A stretch of DNA of 63,021 nucleotides, filler included, from Sphacelaria rigidula (lineage: Eukaryota): assembly GCA_964200075.2 (NCBI GenBank). It is 11 parts of 11 records of this genome, joined end to end, with 100 filler letters (N's around TTAATTAATTAA, not from the genome) between each part and the next. Parts side by side here need not be neighbours in the genome. Positions count along the whole stretch, not along the records: positions 1 to 5,639 come from CAXNAA020025657.1; positions 5,740 to 11,378 come from CAXNAA020025658.1; positions 11,479 to 17,117 come from CAXNAA020025659.1; 8 more parts are not named here. The stretch is one strand, 5' to 3'. The stretch's first letter is position 1; each line of letters starts with the position of its first letter. The notes below the pieces were generated by a model that ran no database searches, had not been told where the DNA came from, and saw nothing but the letters and a program-made list of their open reading frames with translations. Both the position numbers and the translations under genes were made by a program. Below, piece by piece: positions 1 to 11,836 of the stretch.

Positions 1-57
1 CTGTTTTGGGCTTGAGCCTCATCTCGAAGTTAAACCTCAATTCGCACAATTTGTTGT
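1..57 (+). mobile_element. End of an unclassified repeat element (ACAACA/TGTTGT-bounded family)
   Basis: Reverse complement of 5565-5621. Related to 5740-5821 and 11115-11205. Confidence 0.7.
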
Positions 58-107
58 TTGTTCTTTGCGATCTCTTTTACTGAGATAAGAGGTATGTCCC
101 CTCACGA

Positions 108-318
108 TGTAATGCGTGAGAGGACCGCGTGCTTAGAGGATCGCACCGGAATTCCAGCATCCCTATGGTTAGAGTTAGGGTTAGGTTTAGTGTTGGGTTT
201 AGGGACAGGGGCGTGATCCCTGCAGGGACTGGCCCGATTGGTGTTGAAAAACGTCGATCCTGAGGTGTTTCGAGCCACGGTGCGGTCCTCTACGCACGCG
301 GTCCTCTCACGCATTACA
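108..318 (+). mobile_element. MITE with TGT...ACA TIRs and internal TTAGGG-like repeats
   Basis: ~40-bp TIRs (TGTAATGCGTGAGAGGACCGCGTGC.. / ..GCACGCGGTCCTCTCACGCATTACA). Internal gttagagttagggttaggtttag. Flanks acga/acgg may be a 4-bp TSD. Confidence 0.85.
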
Positions 319-520
319 ACGGTACCACACCACACCAGCATTCCAACAGTTCTGCCCCACCACTATACCGTCGACACAGCTGGGCCCATTCTCTAGCCCG
401 TCTGACGTAGCTAGCTAGTACCAACTTTGATCTCAGACCAACACCTCTCGAATACCTTCATCTGTCGAAAATATGCCTGCCCTTCTCTCTCCCGTTCCCT
501 TTCTTTCTCGCATGCATCAG

Positions 521-3500
521 GCACGGGTCGCATTTACGACCGCGATTTCAACTTGGTTCTGAATATCGAACTCGACGTCAGCGGCGGCGCATTGATCAAT
601 GACGTGGTCGTGGCGGACGAGTTTGCCTACTTTACAGACTCAAACAAGACGCAGTTTTACTCGGTGAGTGAACGAAATGTTCAGGCAGACACTTTCTACG
701 ATAGCCCCCCCCCCCCAAAAGTGCATAGCTTTGAGAGGCAAAATCTTTACGTAAATCGAAATGGGAAAAGCCGAGCACAACGATAAGCTGGGAATTCCCA
801 CGCTTGGGTTCGTTCTAGCCAATATCACCAATATGTGGCGCTTCATGCTGCCTGAACCTGAACATCAGGCGCTTTATGACCATTTTTTTCGTGACACTTT
901 TAGCTGGTTTTGGGGGGGGGGGGCTATCGTAGAGTGTGTCGGCACGAGGAGTCATGCTACGAAAGGGGTCGGGGTGCTTTGACCCATTTCTTCCAGGAAA
1001 TTCCACTCCAAATCGTCATTGAAAGTACCAACGGTTCTTCCAGTGCGCACATGTTACCGATGAATTACACATGTTCATAATCTATCCTGCTTGACATCAT
1101 TTTACCGAAGTACAAGCGCACTGCGAGAGTGTTAGGTCGTCTGACACACCAATGAGCCCTTTTCTTTGAAAAAATATAGGCCCCCCTTATCGCATTTAGC
1201 GTGACTCCGAGCGGTGTGCACGGAAAGAGATGTGTCGAGATGAGGGTCAAGTGGAAGGCACCTCGAAATGCCCCGCCTGTATGCAAATATGATCCAAAAT
1301 CGTGCAGTTGAGCTAGTTATCAAGACGCGCGAACATGGGAGTTGGTGATTCCAGACATATGCACATGTATGTGATGGAGATCATGAGACGTGAGCGCTGG
1401 AGAGATTTTTTACACGTGTCTAAGGAGGCATTTTCGATTAAGTACGTGAGGTGTATCAAGTGATGTACGAGCCCGGAATTTCTACAAATGCATGTGACGG
1501 GGAATTGAACACATCAACGTGAAAGACACGCCATTGACGTACCGGAGAGGAAGGGAGAGAATCATTTTGCCGGGGTTCAAGTTGGTGTGGGTATTGGAAC
1601 GTCATGATCGTGAGACGAGAATGGAGCGTCGAACAAGTGCGAATGTAGACAGCAATAAAAGCAAAACGCAAAGAGATCAGTGTCGTGACTGTGCTGCGCA
1701 CAGCACACACCTATACACACATTGTCTCTCGTACTTCATGTCCTGTTCTCTTCAGGGCTTGGTTTTTATTCAGAAGGGTCAACTCCTGTATCCTTTGGTT
1801 GAAAAGGCTGCCGCCCATCGACGGTTCATCGATTTATTCTCTTGTTGTCATCTCATGTGCTTCCTTGTATGGACGACACGAACCAGACAAAAAAACATAC
1901 TTCGTACCAGTCGAAGCACCAAATCCGCTCAAAGCACTGTTGATGCACCGAGCTGATCACGGGGTCAGGGCCACGTACCGGACGACATTGCGGTTCACAC
2001 ATCAAGAAGATTTTATTCGCTCGTGTCATGCCACAACTTGTGCAGGTACCACTGAAGCCCAATGGGGAGCTTTTGAATGGGAACTCGACGGTTGCAACAG
2101 CCATTCCTATCGGCCCCGAGTTTGATTTTATCGAAGGAGCTGTCAACGCGAACGGTATCGTTGTAAGTTCTCCGTGCTTAGTTTCGTTGTAATTTGACTC
2201 TTGAGTTTGAGCGCCAAGCGTTTCTTACTGACGCTATTATAGACGCATCATCGTGTCCAGTGTTCTTGTGCTCGTATGATTCATCGCTTTTTCTCAGTGA
2301 ACACGAAGGGTTGGCGTCGATCATTTTTGTGCAAGTTCTAGCAATATATCATATATATGCACGTGTCCGTCCCTGTTGTTTTTGTGAAGGTGTCCCCACT
2401 AAGTCAGCGCTACCGTCGCAAGTTGGGTTCTGAAACTGTTCCAATTGCGTTTTTGGTCAGGTATCCGACGATGGTTCGAAGCTGATAATCGCAAACTCCG
2501 CCTCATCTGCGCTTTACCTTGTGGATTCAACCACCGGCGATGCCTCCCGTATTGACCTGGGGACGAGCTCCCTTTCTGCAGGTGGACTGGTGAGACAAAG
2601 AATACCTGCTCCATGCGCATCGTTCGATCACGTAAGAATAAATTGAACCTTATACTTAATGGCGAAGTTAGCCCAGTCGAGGTCATACCTATTGTTGTCT
2701 TATTTTTACACCAAACGCGGACAAAACACTCTCGCCAGATGCATGGTCGTCGAACGGGTCAACGATGGACGAGATGCTATGATTTTGAGAGGCTTCAATC
2801 AAGTGCTGCGTTGTGTGCAACGTACCGTAACCGCCACTGAAATTCCTCGCCCTCCCCTGTGGTTTCAAGTAGGTGTGATCGTTGATCATCACCCGGAACT
2901 CGAAAATCGATGATCCCTGAGCACACCATCATCATCTATACATGAATGGTATTTGAATCCTCACATCTCGGCTCTCTTTGTCTCCGCACTCACATCATGT
3001 GCCCTACCAAGCTTGAGCACATCAAACATGCTCTCCTTTCGCCTTCCCCTGATCCTTGAGGTAAGCTAAGCCTCCTTGTCCCGCTTGCCCTTCACTCTCT
3101 TTTTTCTCCTGATGAAAATGACAACATAACGCTACAGCTGAGGCGTCGTAATACGCTGTGGGCGGCCTCAGATGGCGTCGGTGGTTCGATCTCAAAGCGC
3201 GTCGTGCAAGGACCGCAGGCAATTTTCGAGGTATGCGCGGTGTAATGCGTGGTAGGACCGCGTGCTTCGAGGATCGCATCGGAATTTGAGCACCCCTGTG
3301 GTTAGGGTTAGGGTTAGGGTTAGTGTTGGGATTAGGATGACTAGTCAATACCTGATATTTGAAGGACATCCGCTTGATGCTTACTCGTGATCAAGATGAG
3401 TCATACATTCATGACCACGCAGGGCCGGAAGACGACGTACGCCCACCCCATCCCATCTCTTTCAAGGGCTGGTGTCGGTAAGCAACGCCGTGAAACACGT

Positions 3501-5134
3501 CTCTCACTGCATAATCTAGGCAGCCAGGTTAGCCGGGGTTTCTTGGCACGTGTTTTGATTGCGGCGACCACGGTGGCGATCGAGTTACAATACATCATAC
3601 CAGGTATTGTGCGGAGTGGAGAATCCGAACTCCGCGCAAAGGGGATGATCGTACTACGTAGTGTGTAAATGTTGAGACACCCATGAGGCAATGTAACCCG
3701 TGACTGTATCTGGAAGTGGCGATACCAGAAAATGAAGCAACCCATTCGAGGTTGCCATCCATATGCAAGGTAATGATTATGCTTCGGGTCGAACAATCAG
3801 TCGTCTGCTCAACCCATCAAGATCTGCCGTGAAAATGGTTTTTCTCCATTATGGAATGTGCACGGTAAGGACGCGCCACGGCCACACGACACATCTCTCA
3901 ACTGTACACGATCATATCATACTCAAATATCGCCTTGGATTTGCACGCTCGTTCGCCTGCACTTTTTCTCATCTATACCGTTAAAATGCGTGAGAGGACC
4001 GCGTGCTTAGAGGACCGCACCGTAGTTCAAAATACCTCAGGATCGACGTTTTTCAAAACAAATCGGATCAGTCCCTGCAGGTACCACGCCCCCCACCCTA
4101 ACCCTAACCCTACCCATTGAGATTGTCAAAGTACGGTACGGTCCTATGAGCACGCGGTCCTCTCACGCATTGCAGGTGTATCAGACGACCTGCCACACTC
4201 GCGTTGCGCTGGTGGCACTTTCTACAATAGTCCCCCTCCCAAACGTGCCTGGATTGGGGAGGCAACATCTTCACGTAAATCGAAATGGAAGAAGCTGAGC
4301 ACAAAGAGCACCTGGGATTTCCCACGCTTGGGCTCGTTCTCGTTTACGTCGCCCATATGAGGCGCTTCATTCAACCTGAACCCAAACATCAGGCGCTATG
4401 TGACCATGTTTTTCGCGACACTTTCGGGCTGCGTTTTGGGGCGGGGGGGGGGGGTATTGGCGAAAGTGTCTTGTATTTGGTTAAAAACGGTGGCAGGCAG
4501 TATGGATAAGCATTATTTATCTCCAACAAGTTCGATCGAAGAACCATGGCGGCTTCCAACGACGATTTGACCTGGAATTTCGTGCAAGACGGGGTCCAAC
4601 ATACCCCCCTCCCCTATCGTAGGGTGACTCTGACAGGCACGATGTCTGCGGCTGTGTGTACTGATATACTCCTTTTGAAATACAACCTCCCCTTCTTCTA
4701 CCCTTTACTCCCCCCCCCCGCCCCCCCCGCGCCCGCGCGCCCGCGCGCCTTCGTCCCAAGGTGATTGATATCGCATACCCGAACGGACCCATGCATGCTC
4801 GAATAAATGGACTGACGACCCTTACAGGCTGAATACTATTTCTGCAAGCTACATCAAGTGAGCTCAATGTTGTAAAATTCATGTATATCCTCTCTTCACT
4901 CTTCTGTGACGGACTATCTATCCCAAGGTATCTCTGTCTGCGGACTGGACGTGCGGTGCCGTGGCCGAGCGCACTTTGACGAGCGAGTTCTTCGACACAC
5001 CGAGCACCATCGCCCGCCAGTATAACGACATCTATGTTGTCAACGCCAGGGATTTTACCGATAATTCCACCACGACAGAATATCAGATCGTGCGCGTCGA
5101 CAGGGATGGGGGAGAAATGGAATGCGCCGCCTGA
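521..5134 (+). CDS. SMP-30/gluconolactonase-like six-bladed beta-propeller protein, last five exons (5' part outside the contig)
   Basis: Phase-compatible AG/GT exons at 521-663, 2046-2162, 2461-2589, 3138-3230 and 4928-5134 (TGA). Spliced product: GRIYD..LINDVVVADEFAYFTDS..FYS|VPL..NANGIV|VSDDGSKLIIANS..LYLVD..GGL|LRRRNTLW..IFE|VSLSAD..FDTPSTIAR..IYVVNAR..YQIVRV. These motifs resemble bacterial SMP-30/'superoxide dismutase'-labelled propellers. Confidence 0.8.
688..940 (+). mobile_element. ~250-bp MITE with poly-C/poly-G-containing TIRs
   Basis: TIRs GACACTTTCTACGATAGCCCCC / GGGGGCTATCGTAGAGTGTGTC, with GGCA duplicated on both flanks. Related copies at 4214-4470 and 49670-49920; more distant at 14090-14343; a right end at ~11560-11578. 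Confidence 0.85.
3241..3336 (+). mobile_element. Truncated copy of the telomeric-repeat MITE
   Basis: Left TIR TGTAATGCGT..GGACCGCGTGC followed by (GTTAGG)n. Lies 10 bp after the exon donor at 3231. Confidence 0.75.
3982..4174 (-). mobile_element. Telomeric-repeat MITE copy
   Basis: Same TIRs and internal sequence as 108-318, inverted; contains (CCCTAA)n. Confidence 0.8.
4214..4470 (+). mobile_element. Copy of the 688-940 MITE family
   Basis: Colinear similarity to 688-940, including TIRs. Confidence 0.8.
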
Positions 5135-5564
5135 TACATCTACGTGGAAGCGTAGGGTCAGTTGGACAGAAAGAATGGCGCACTTTCTTTCAGTTGGGAT
5201 GAAGAAGGGATTGTATGGGCGGCCTCATCCTCAGTGGCAAAAGTCACTACACCACCGTTTCTCAGGGGTTGTATAGTTGATACCTAGAAGTGAAGGCAAT
5301 CACATATAGGTTTTATATGTAAACTAAGTGTCTGACGGTGTGTTTGTGACTAGGTCACCTCAGTTTCAGGGTGTCCAGTTGGTTTTGATCCAAACAGGTT
5401 CCAGAATGCGTCTTTGTTCCACGGGGAGGTCCCAGTTGATTGTATGAAGTGCGCAACGACATATGATGGCATCGATGTGTAGGGTGTCATGATGTTTAGG
5501 GGCGTTCACTGATTTCTCTTCTCAGGCTCGTGGATTGGCTTCAGGCTTGTGGATCTGATCAGAG

Positions 5565-5639
5565 ACAACAAATTGTGCGAATTGAGGTTTAACTTCGAGA
5601 TGAGGTTCAAGCCCAAAACAGTGCTTCCCCCACACTTTC
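5565..5639 (-). mobile_element. End of the ACAACA-bounded element family (contig end)
   Basis: ACAACAAATTGTGCGAATTGAGGTTTAACTTCGAGATGAGGTTCAAGCCC..CACACTTTC. Confidence 0.7.
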
Positions 5640-5739
5640 NNNNNNNNNNNNNNNNNNNNNNNNNNNNNNNNNNNNNNNNNNNNTTAATTAATTAANNNNN
5701 NNNNNNNNNNNNNNNNNNNNNNNNNNNNNNNNNNNNNNN

Positions 5740-5821
5740 CATCGCTGAAAGTGTGGGGAAAGCACTGTTTTCTCCTCGAACCTCATCTCGGAGTTAAACC
5801 TCAATTCGCACACTTTGTTGT
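5740..5821 (+). mobile_element. End of the ACAACA-bounded element family (contig start)
   Basis: Reverse-complement match to 5565-5639 and 11115-11199. Ends in TGTTGT next to an integrase fragment. Confidence 0.7.
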
Positions 5822-5822
5822 T

Positions 5823-6402
5823 ATTTCAAAAATGCGATCTTGGCCCGAATGCGAGAGGCTCCGCGGGTTGATCACCAGTTTGCGGTGGCGTATTCTCCGT
5901 GGTTTAACGGTACGTGCGAACGCATGGTCGAGGAAGTAGTTCGTACTCTTCGCTCCGTTCTTCTCGAGCAGCGCAGAGCGGTTTCCGAGTGGGTGGACGT
6001 ATTGCCGCCGGTGCAATGGACGCTCAATTCAGTGTATCGACATCGTTATGCTCGTACGCCAATAGTGAGGTTCAGTTGTGACTTGCTCAATCGTGATGGC
6101 GTTAGTTTTCTGAGTGTCAAGCTTGTTGCTCGATTCTCGTCCAACGCGCTTTGGGGGTGCTGTGACGAAATCACGCCGTCATGTTGAGTATATAATGGAT
6201 CCTGGGTGATGACCAGGGAACAAAGGCATCCTGTGGATGATGACCCTTGCTGTGTAGCTCATGTCTGACGGTACGGGCTGTAGCTGTTTACTTCTGACTA
6301 ATGAGATGCTGTAAAGGCTGACTGCTGAAACCTGAGACCAGTGGAACTGGGGAGTCCCCCAACAGCATTAGACGCTGCAGTGCTAGCAACCTGCTGTCGT
6401 CA
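5823..6402 (+). mobile_element. 3' remnant of a Ty3/Gypsy element: integrase core fragment, PPT-like tract and 3' LTR (6161-6402)
   Basis: Translation VDHQFAVAYSPWFNGTCERMVEEVVRTLR..WVDVLPPVQWTLNS. TTGGGGGTGC precedes TGTGACG...CGTCA, which is similar to the LTR at 7471-7724. Confidence 0.8.
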
Positions 6403-6403
6403 A

Positions 6404-6544
6404 ATACTACTACTCCTACTACTACTACTACTCCTACTCCTACTCCTACTCCTACTCCTACTACTACTCCTACTACTACTACTCCTACTCCTACTCCTAC
6501 TCCTACTCCTACTCCTACTCCTACTCCTACTCCTACTCCTACTC

Positions 6545-6608
<64 letters not shown>

Positions 6609-6609
6609 A

Positions 6610-6666
<57 letters not shown>

Positions 6667-6686
6667 GCAACTGCTACTACTACTAC
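6404..6686. repeat. Compound microsatellite (CTA)n/(CTCCTA)n
   Basis: Visible directly; accounts for the poly-L and poly-S/RS ORFs. Confidence 0.97.
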
Positions 6687-7470
6687 AAAACAGAGGATTA
6701 TGAAGAATGAGGTTGGACAGTAAAATGAGGTTCAGTTGTCTTCCCAAAAAAACAGATTTTGTGCGAAACAGGATTGCCAATGAGGGAAATCATCTTCGCA
6801 AGAAACGCTTCGCAATTAGGCAGATGCGGCTAGGTGCACCGAATAAATGCGGTGTACACGCACGTCGACGACGTCACCATCGGAGCAGCAACGGCCGAGA
6901 GGAAGCTCCTCGCCCGTGTCCTTTGTGTGTCCTCGTTCGGCGATTCCCAATCGCTGGAGAGATTGGCACCATGTTACCAGCACGTACCCAATTGTGCCAG
7001 CAGGCGGGTTATTGTTGCACAGCCCCCCGAACAAGATCTGGATGTCGAGCGCTGTCGTCTCTTGTCCGTGGTGCTGACCAATGCAAATATCGATTCCTCT
7101 CTGCCTCTTTTTTTGGACAGGACGCGCCGCTGTGCGCTGCAGAACACGTCGTCGAAAAGGAGGGCGTTGTTCCCGTCACCGCTACTGTTCACACACACAC
7201 ACACACACATGCAAGCGAGGACGGTTGCGGTAATTAGATTCAATCGCAACTTGGGGGGTGTTACTGTCGTCGTTGATTTTTTCCAACATGTGCACCTGTG
7301 CACAATAAGGACAAGAGTCTACCACACCTCAGTTGCATTGGGAAATGTAGGAGAGATCAAACACTCGTGGAGACCTTCTTGGCAATCGGAGTGAAAAACG
7401 ATGCCTCTGGCGGTGACCTAACTGCTGCTGGCGTGACCTGTATGGGGCTGCCATGCTGTAGTCTGAGCTT

Positions 7471-10400
7471 TGTGGCGAAAATACGCCGTCACGTTGAGTT
7501 GGTAGTGATGATATGGATAATGACTGAGGGCATGGAGATTCCTGAGGGTTCTGGATAGTGACCGGGGACACGGATATGGTATCTGCAGGCCTAGATGGTG
7601 CCCTGGAAGGTCACTCCTGAATAATGAGATGCTGTGAAGGCTGACAACTAAAACTCAGGCCAGTAAGACTGGGGAGTCCCTCAACAGTAGTGATCCAACA
7701 GTACTTCCACTGGCTGGCGTCACAATATCGATATTAGTGCTAGTGCTAGTGCTAGTGCTGGTGTTAGTGCTAGAAATCTCCTGAAAGGAATTCGGCGGAA
7801 AGGAGTTTGGTAGCTGTGGAAACCTGATAATCTACGAACGCGTGGCGAGGGTTCCAGCGGAGGCGACTGCAGAAACGCGGCTGGCCTGTGATTGATCCAG
7901 ACTGGAGACTTGCTGAAGCTGCGTGCTGCGGGAGTTCAGAGGCTCCTACGACTGTGTGGTACGACGACGAAGCAAGGAGAGTGTAATTCGTGAAGGTCCG
8001 CTGGCCTGTAGAGGTTCGCAGGTAGCCGGTTACAGCTACAGCTATGGCTACCGGCTCACGAGGTACGTCCACCGTGACACCCGTAGTCATGCGGGAAGAA
8101 TTGCGACCTCCCCAATACGGGGACAGGTACTCAGAGGGTGCATCTCGCACTTTTTATACAAATCACTTGGAGTACAAGAAGCTTGTGGAGCACGCTAATA
8201 CAGGGGGTGCCGTGCGACGTCAGGTGGTAACTATAGCACAACAAGTGCCCACTCATGTACAGAGAGTATTCGCTCGTTTGGAACATAATGAGAGCACTCT
8301 CACCTCACCACAATTGGTTGCGGCGATCAATTAGCATGCAGGGCATGCGGCGGGCGCCGAGGTAGATCTGAACCAAGCGTCCGCGGCCGTGACGAGAGCT
8401 GTCGCAATGGATTCTCGGGGGAAAGCGATGTTGGAGCGTGTGGAGCCCATCTTGGCTAATTTGGAGAAATACTTCACGGAAAACCCGAACGTAGAACTAG
8501 TATATCGTTCCCCCGATGGTGAGTTCATTCCCGGCCCGGCAGCAGTAATCACTAAGGCTTTGGTGGAGGGGTTGGCACCGGAAATTTTCAAGCAAGCCGT
8601 GCTTGTCAAGCTGCAGCACCAATCAGATTCGAAGGACGACCCGTACTTGGTGATGAGCACCGTCGTGGCCGAGGCCAAGGAGTGGCGGAAAATAGAGATG
8701 TTCGGCCAATCGTCCACCTCTTCGCCGAAATCTTTGCGCAACCATGGTTCGAATTCGGCTGGTCACGCCGCGAGTATTACTTGCCACCGCTGTGGCCAGG
8801 TCGACCATTACGCGCACGATTGCCCGACGTCTTTCGGTGGAGAGTCTGGGCAGTCTGGTGCCGCGCGCCATCAGCATCGTCAGCACAAGGGCAAAAGACG
8901 AGGTGATCGTGGTGGCGGCGGCAGGCGAGCCCTCAGCAGCAGCCGCAGCAGCAGCGGCGTCAGCATGGGCCTGGCTCTGGGTCCGGCGCCGCCGTAGGTG
9001 ATGCTGCTCCGCAACGGGCGGTGCAAGTGGGCCCGACTTCTACAGGGTCGAACACTGCGCCGGCGCCGGTGGTGGCGCTGGAGGCGACACCGGCAGCAGC
9101 GCCAGGCGCGACGCCTGTTGACGCGCTGGTCGAAGGGTCGCCAAATTCTTGGTTTGCTGGCTGGGGGCGTACCCGCCGCCGGTGCCATTTGAACCTGCCG
9201 GGGCGTGTTCGCCTGCGCAGCTTGCCCAGCCGTGGCGTCAAGTGGGATTAGCGGCGCATAGATCAGCGGAAGAAGTTCCCGTAGAGCTTGCCGACATATA
9301 CATTCCGGCGGATTCATGTCTTCCGAATCAACGGCAGCATAGAGCCATTGTGATTCGGTCTGTGTTGGATTCTGGCGCCCGTTTCACTAGCCTGCCGGTG
9401 CAGATGGTTGAGATGCTGGAGCGTCTTCTCCCGGGTGTGCCGCTCCGCATCCCGTTACCGCTCGCTCGGGGCGCGGCAGGCCGTCACCGCGTCAGGTCAG
9501 CACGTTTCAGTCACGGAGCGTGCTGTTCCATTGCAGCTAGCTTGCAAGACTGCTTGGAGGCTGGCGCCGTTGCCTCCGATCTCGTTTGCGATTATGCCAG
9601 GGTCGGATGGCGTTGTTCTTCTGGGGCTACCGACGCTGCAGGATGTAGGAATCGACCCGTATGAGCGGTTGAAGGACTCCATCAAGACGCGGATGTCTCC
9701 GCCTGGTCCGCACGTGGAGATGGCCGCCGTTTGGGGCAGTCGTCGCGTGAGCTTGTCAGTGGATGCTTTTCAGGAGACTGGGAGGACGGTGACCGAGGAG
9801 CGGGATACGGCGGTAGAAAGCTTAGTAGAGCGCGGCCCGGATATGTTCATGGACCGGGCGGAAGAGGAGTCCACTCGGAAGGTCGCGCTGGACGAGAGCG
9901 TGAAGGAGGCTGGGGCGAAAAGCCTCAGCGTCTCAAAAGCGGAGCGCCTGCGCGGCATACTGCATTGCCGCGTCAACGCGTGTCATCGTGCGCTGCGGGG
10001 TGATCCCCCTGCGCGCGTGGAGCCCATGCGTGCTCAGCTAAAACCTAGGGCGTCCGCGGCGAAGACGAAGCCGCGGCGGTACGATCCAGTGATGTGGAGT
10101 TGGTTGGCGTTGTGCATGGCGACTCTTCTGGCGCTCGGGTTGGTGTTACGGAATATGCAGGCGGGGTGGTCCAGTCCAGATATGGCGTTTTCGAAGAAGG
10201 CTGCAGCGAAGGATCTGGTGACTCATACCGTGACGCTGTTCCATCCTCGTCCTGATTGTCAGGTATCAATGTTTCCGGATGCATTTGAGTGCCATTGAGG
10301 TAGTTTGGTCATGCAGGTGCCCACAGTTGAAATCCAAATGCCTGTGCGCGATGTGGCTGTGTATGGTCCGTGTGAAGCGGATGATTCGATGCCGTCGAAA

Positions 10401-11114
10401 TCTGTTGTCCGCCAAGCGCAACGAAAAGACCTCGGGGCCACTGATGCGGATGTGCAATCCTTCGAGTCGGACGTTGGTCCTGCTATTTTGGACGGTGAAG
10501 GTGTGTTTCGTGTACATGTGCGTGGCCAAAACGTGTTGTGGATTCCGAGTTCTGACAAGCAGTTGCAGGTATATCTGATGATTGGCGTGCACATGCGCGA
10601 CGCCGGGTATCGTGGTGTGGCTGCGACGCTCGTGCGCTTGCAAGAGTTTTGTGTTTGGCAGGGGATAGTAACTCCTGTGGGCGAATTCGTCCGCCGGTGT
10701 CTTCACTGTGCTGACTCGAGGGCGAGCGATGTTGTTCCCCGTCCGCTCGGCGAAACGGTCCATGGGACCACGCCGAATGAAGTCGTTCATTTTGACTTCT
10801 TGTACGTGGGCGAGAGTGGTCCGCTAGCTTCCCAAGGTTGGTCGGAGGATGCTGGGCTTCGATACATTTAGGTAATCATGGATGATTTGAGCAACTTTGT
10901 GGCTCTGGAACCAGTAGCAGTGTGTACTGCTGAATCGACCGCTGCATCATTATTGCTGAATTGGTGCAAAACTTTGAGGGTGCCGCGTGAGTGAGTGAGT
11001 GATACCGCCAAGCATTTCAAGAATACGATATTGGCCCGAATGCGAGAGGCTTTGCGCGTTGATCACCAGTTTGCGGTGGCATATTCTCCATGGTCTAACG
11101 GTACGTGCGAACGC
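7471..11114 (+). mobile_element. Degenerate, internally deleted Ty3/Gypsy LTR retrotransposon (5' LTR 7471-7724; gag ~8044-8997; PR, RT/RH remnants and IN ~9340-11114)
   Basis: LTR TGTGGCG...CGTCACA. Gag CCHC knuckle CHRCGQVDHYAHDC. Protease LDSGA. RT start (KPRRY..WSSP..KK) joined directly to an RNase H start (LFHP..MFPDA). Integrase H..C..C, VHFDFLYV and D35E. In-frame stops and frameshifts. Confidence 0.9.
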
Positions 11115-11205
11115 ACAACAGACAATTCTGTAAGATGAGGTTCATCAATGAAATGAGGTTCAAGCCCAAAACACTGATTTCCCCACACTTTCAGCGATGG
11201 TGCCC
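11115..11205 (-). mobile_element. End of the ACAACA-bounded element family truncating the Gypsy integrase
   Basis: ACAACAGACAATTCTGTAAGATGAGGTTCATCAATGAAATGAGGTTCAAGCCCAAAACACTGATTTCCCCACACTTTCAGCGATGG, starting immediately after the codons NGTCER. Confidence 0.7.
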
Positions 11206-11836
11206 AATGACTTTCTTGTCGGTCTAATGCCCTCGATCGCGTAGATACTTCTTCAGCGCATTTTACCGACTCTGTGAGCTGCAAGCTGCTGAAACAGCAC
11301 CAATCTGTTTCATATGTTACAGCGCTGTCCGAAACCGTCCTTTCCCCTGATGCTTTAGGGGGGGGGGGGGGGGGGGGGNNNNNNNNNNNNNNNNNNNNNN
11401 NNNNNNNNNNNNNNNNNNNNNNTTAATTAATTAANNNNNNNNNNNNNNNNNNNNNNNNNNNNNNNNNNNNNNNNNNNNAAACCGCCCCTTTTTGTCTTTA
11501 AGATTTTTTGGGGGTGTGTGGGGGGGGGGGTGTTGGGGGGGGGGGGGGGGGGGGGCTGGGGGGCATCGCGGCATTACTTGAGGGTACCGCCGCAGAGGTG
11601 ATTGCGCGCGCTTTTCGCAGCGTTTTTACGCAGTGCGCACTGTGCTAAATGTCAACAGGGGATTTTCGGGTATGTATGGCCTCTCAAGTAGCGACTTGTC
11701 CTCTCCTCACCCGAATCTGCGAAATTGGCAAGGTTCTCGTAGGTGAATTTGTTTATTTCCTACTACGACAGCCCGTGTTTGTACAAGAGGTTGCTGTAAC
11801 AGCAAAAGCGATAAATTCGTTCTCTCCTGCACCGAC

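Noticed and set aside
5684..5695. TTAATTAATTAA recurring every ~5.74 kb as a periodic motif
   Set aside because: It is a synthetic six-frame-stop linker embedded in Ns.
5565..5821. Large palindrome centred on the first N gap
   Set aside because: The two arms are on different contigs joined by an artificial spacer, so the adjacency is not biological.
6341..6780. Poly-Leu and Ser/Arg-rich ORFs
   Set aside because: They are translations of the (CTA)n/(CTCCTA)n microsatellite.
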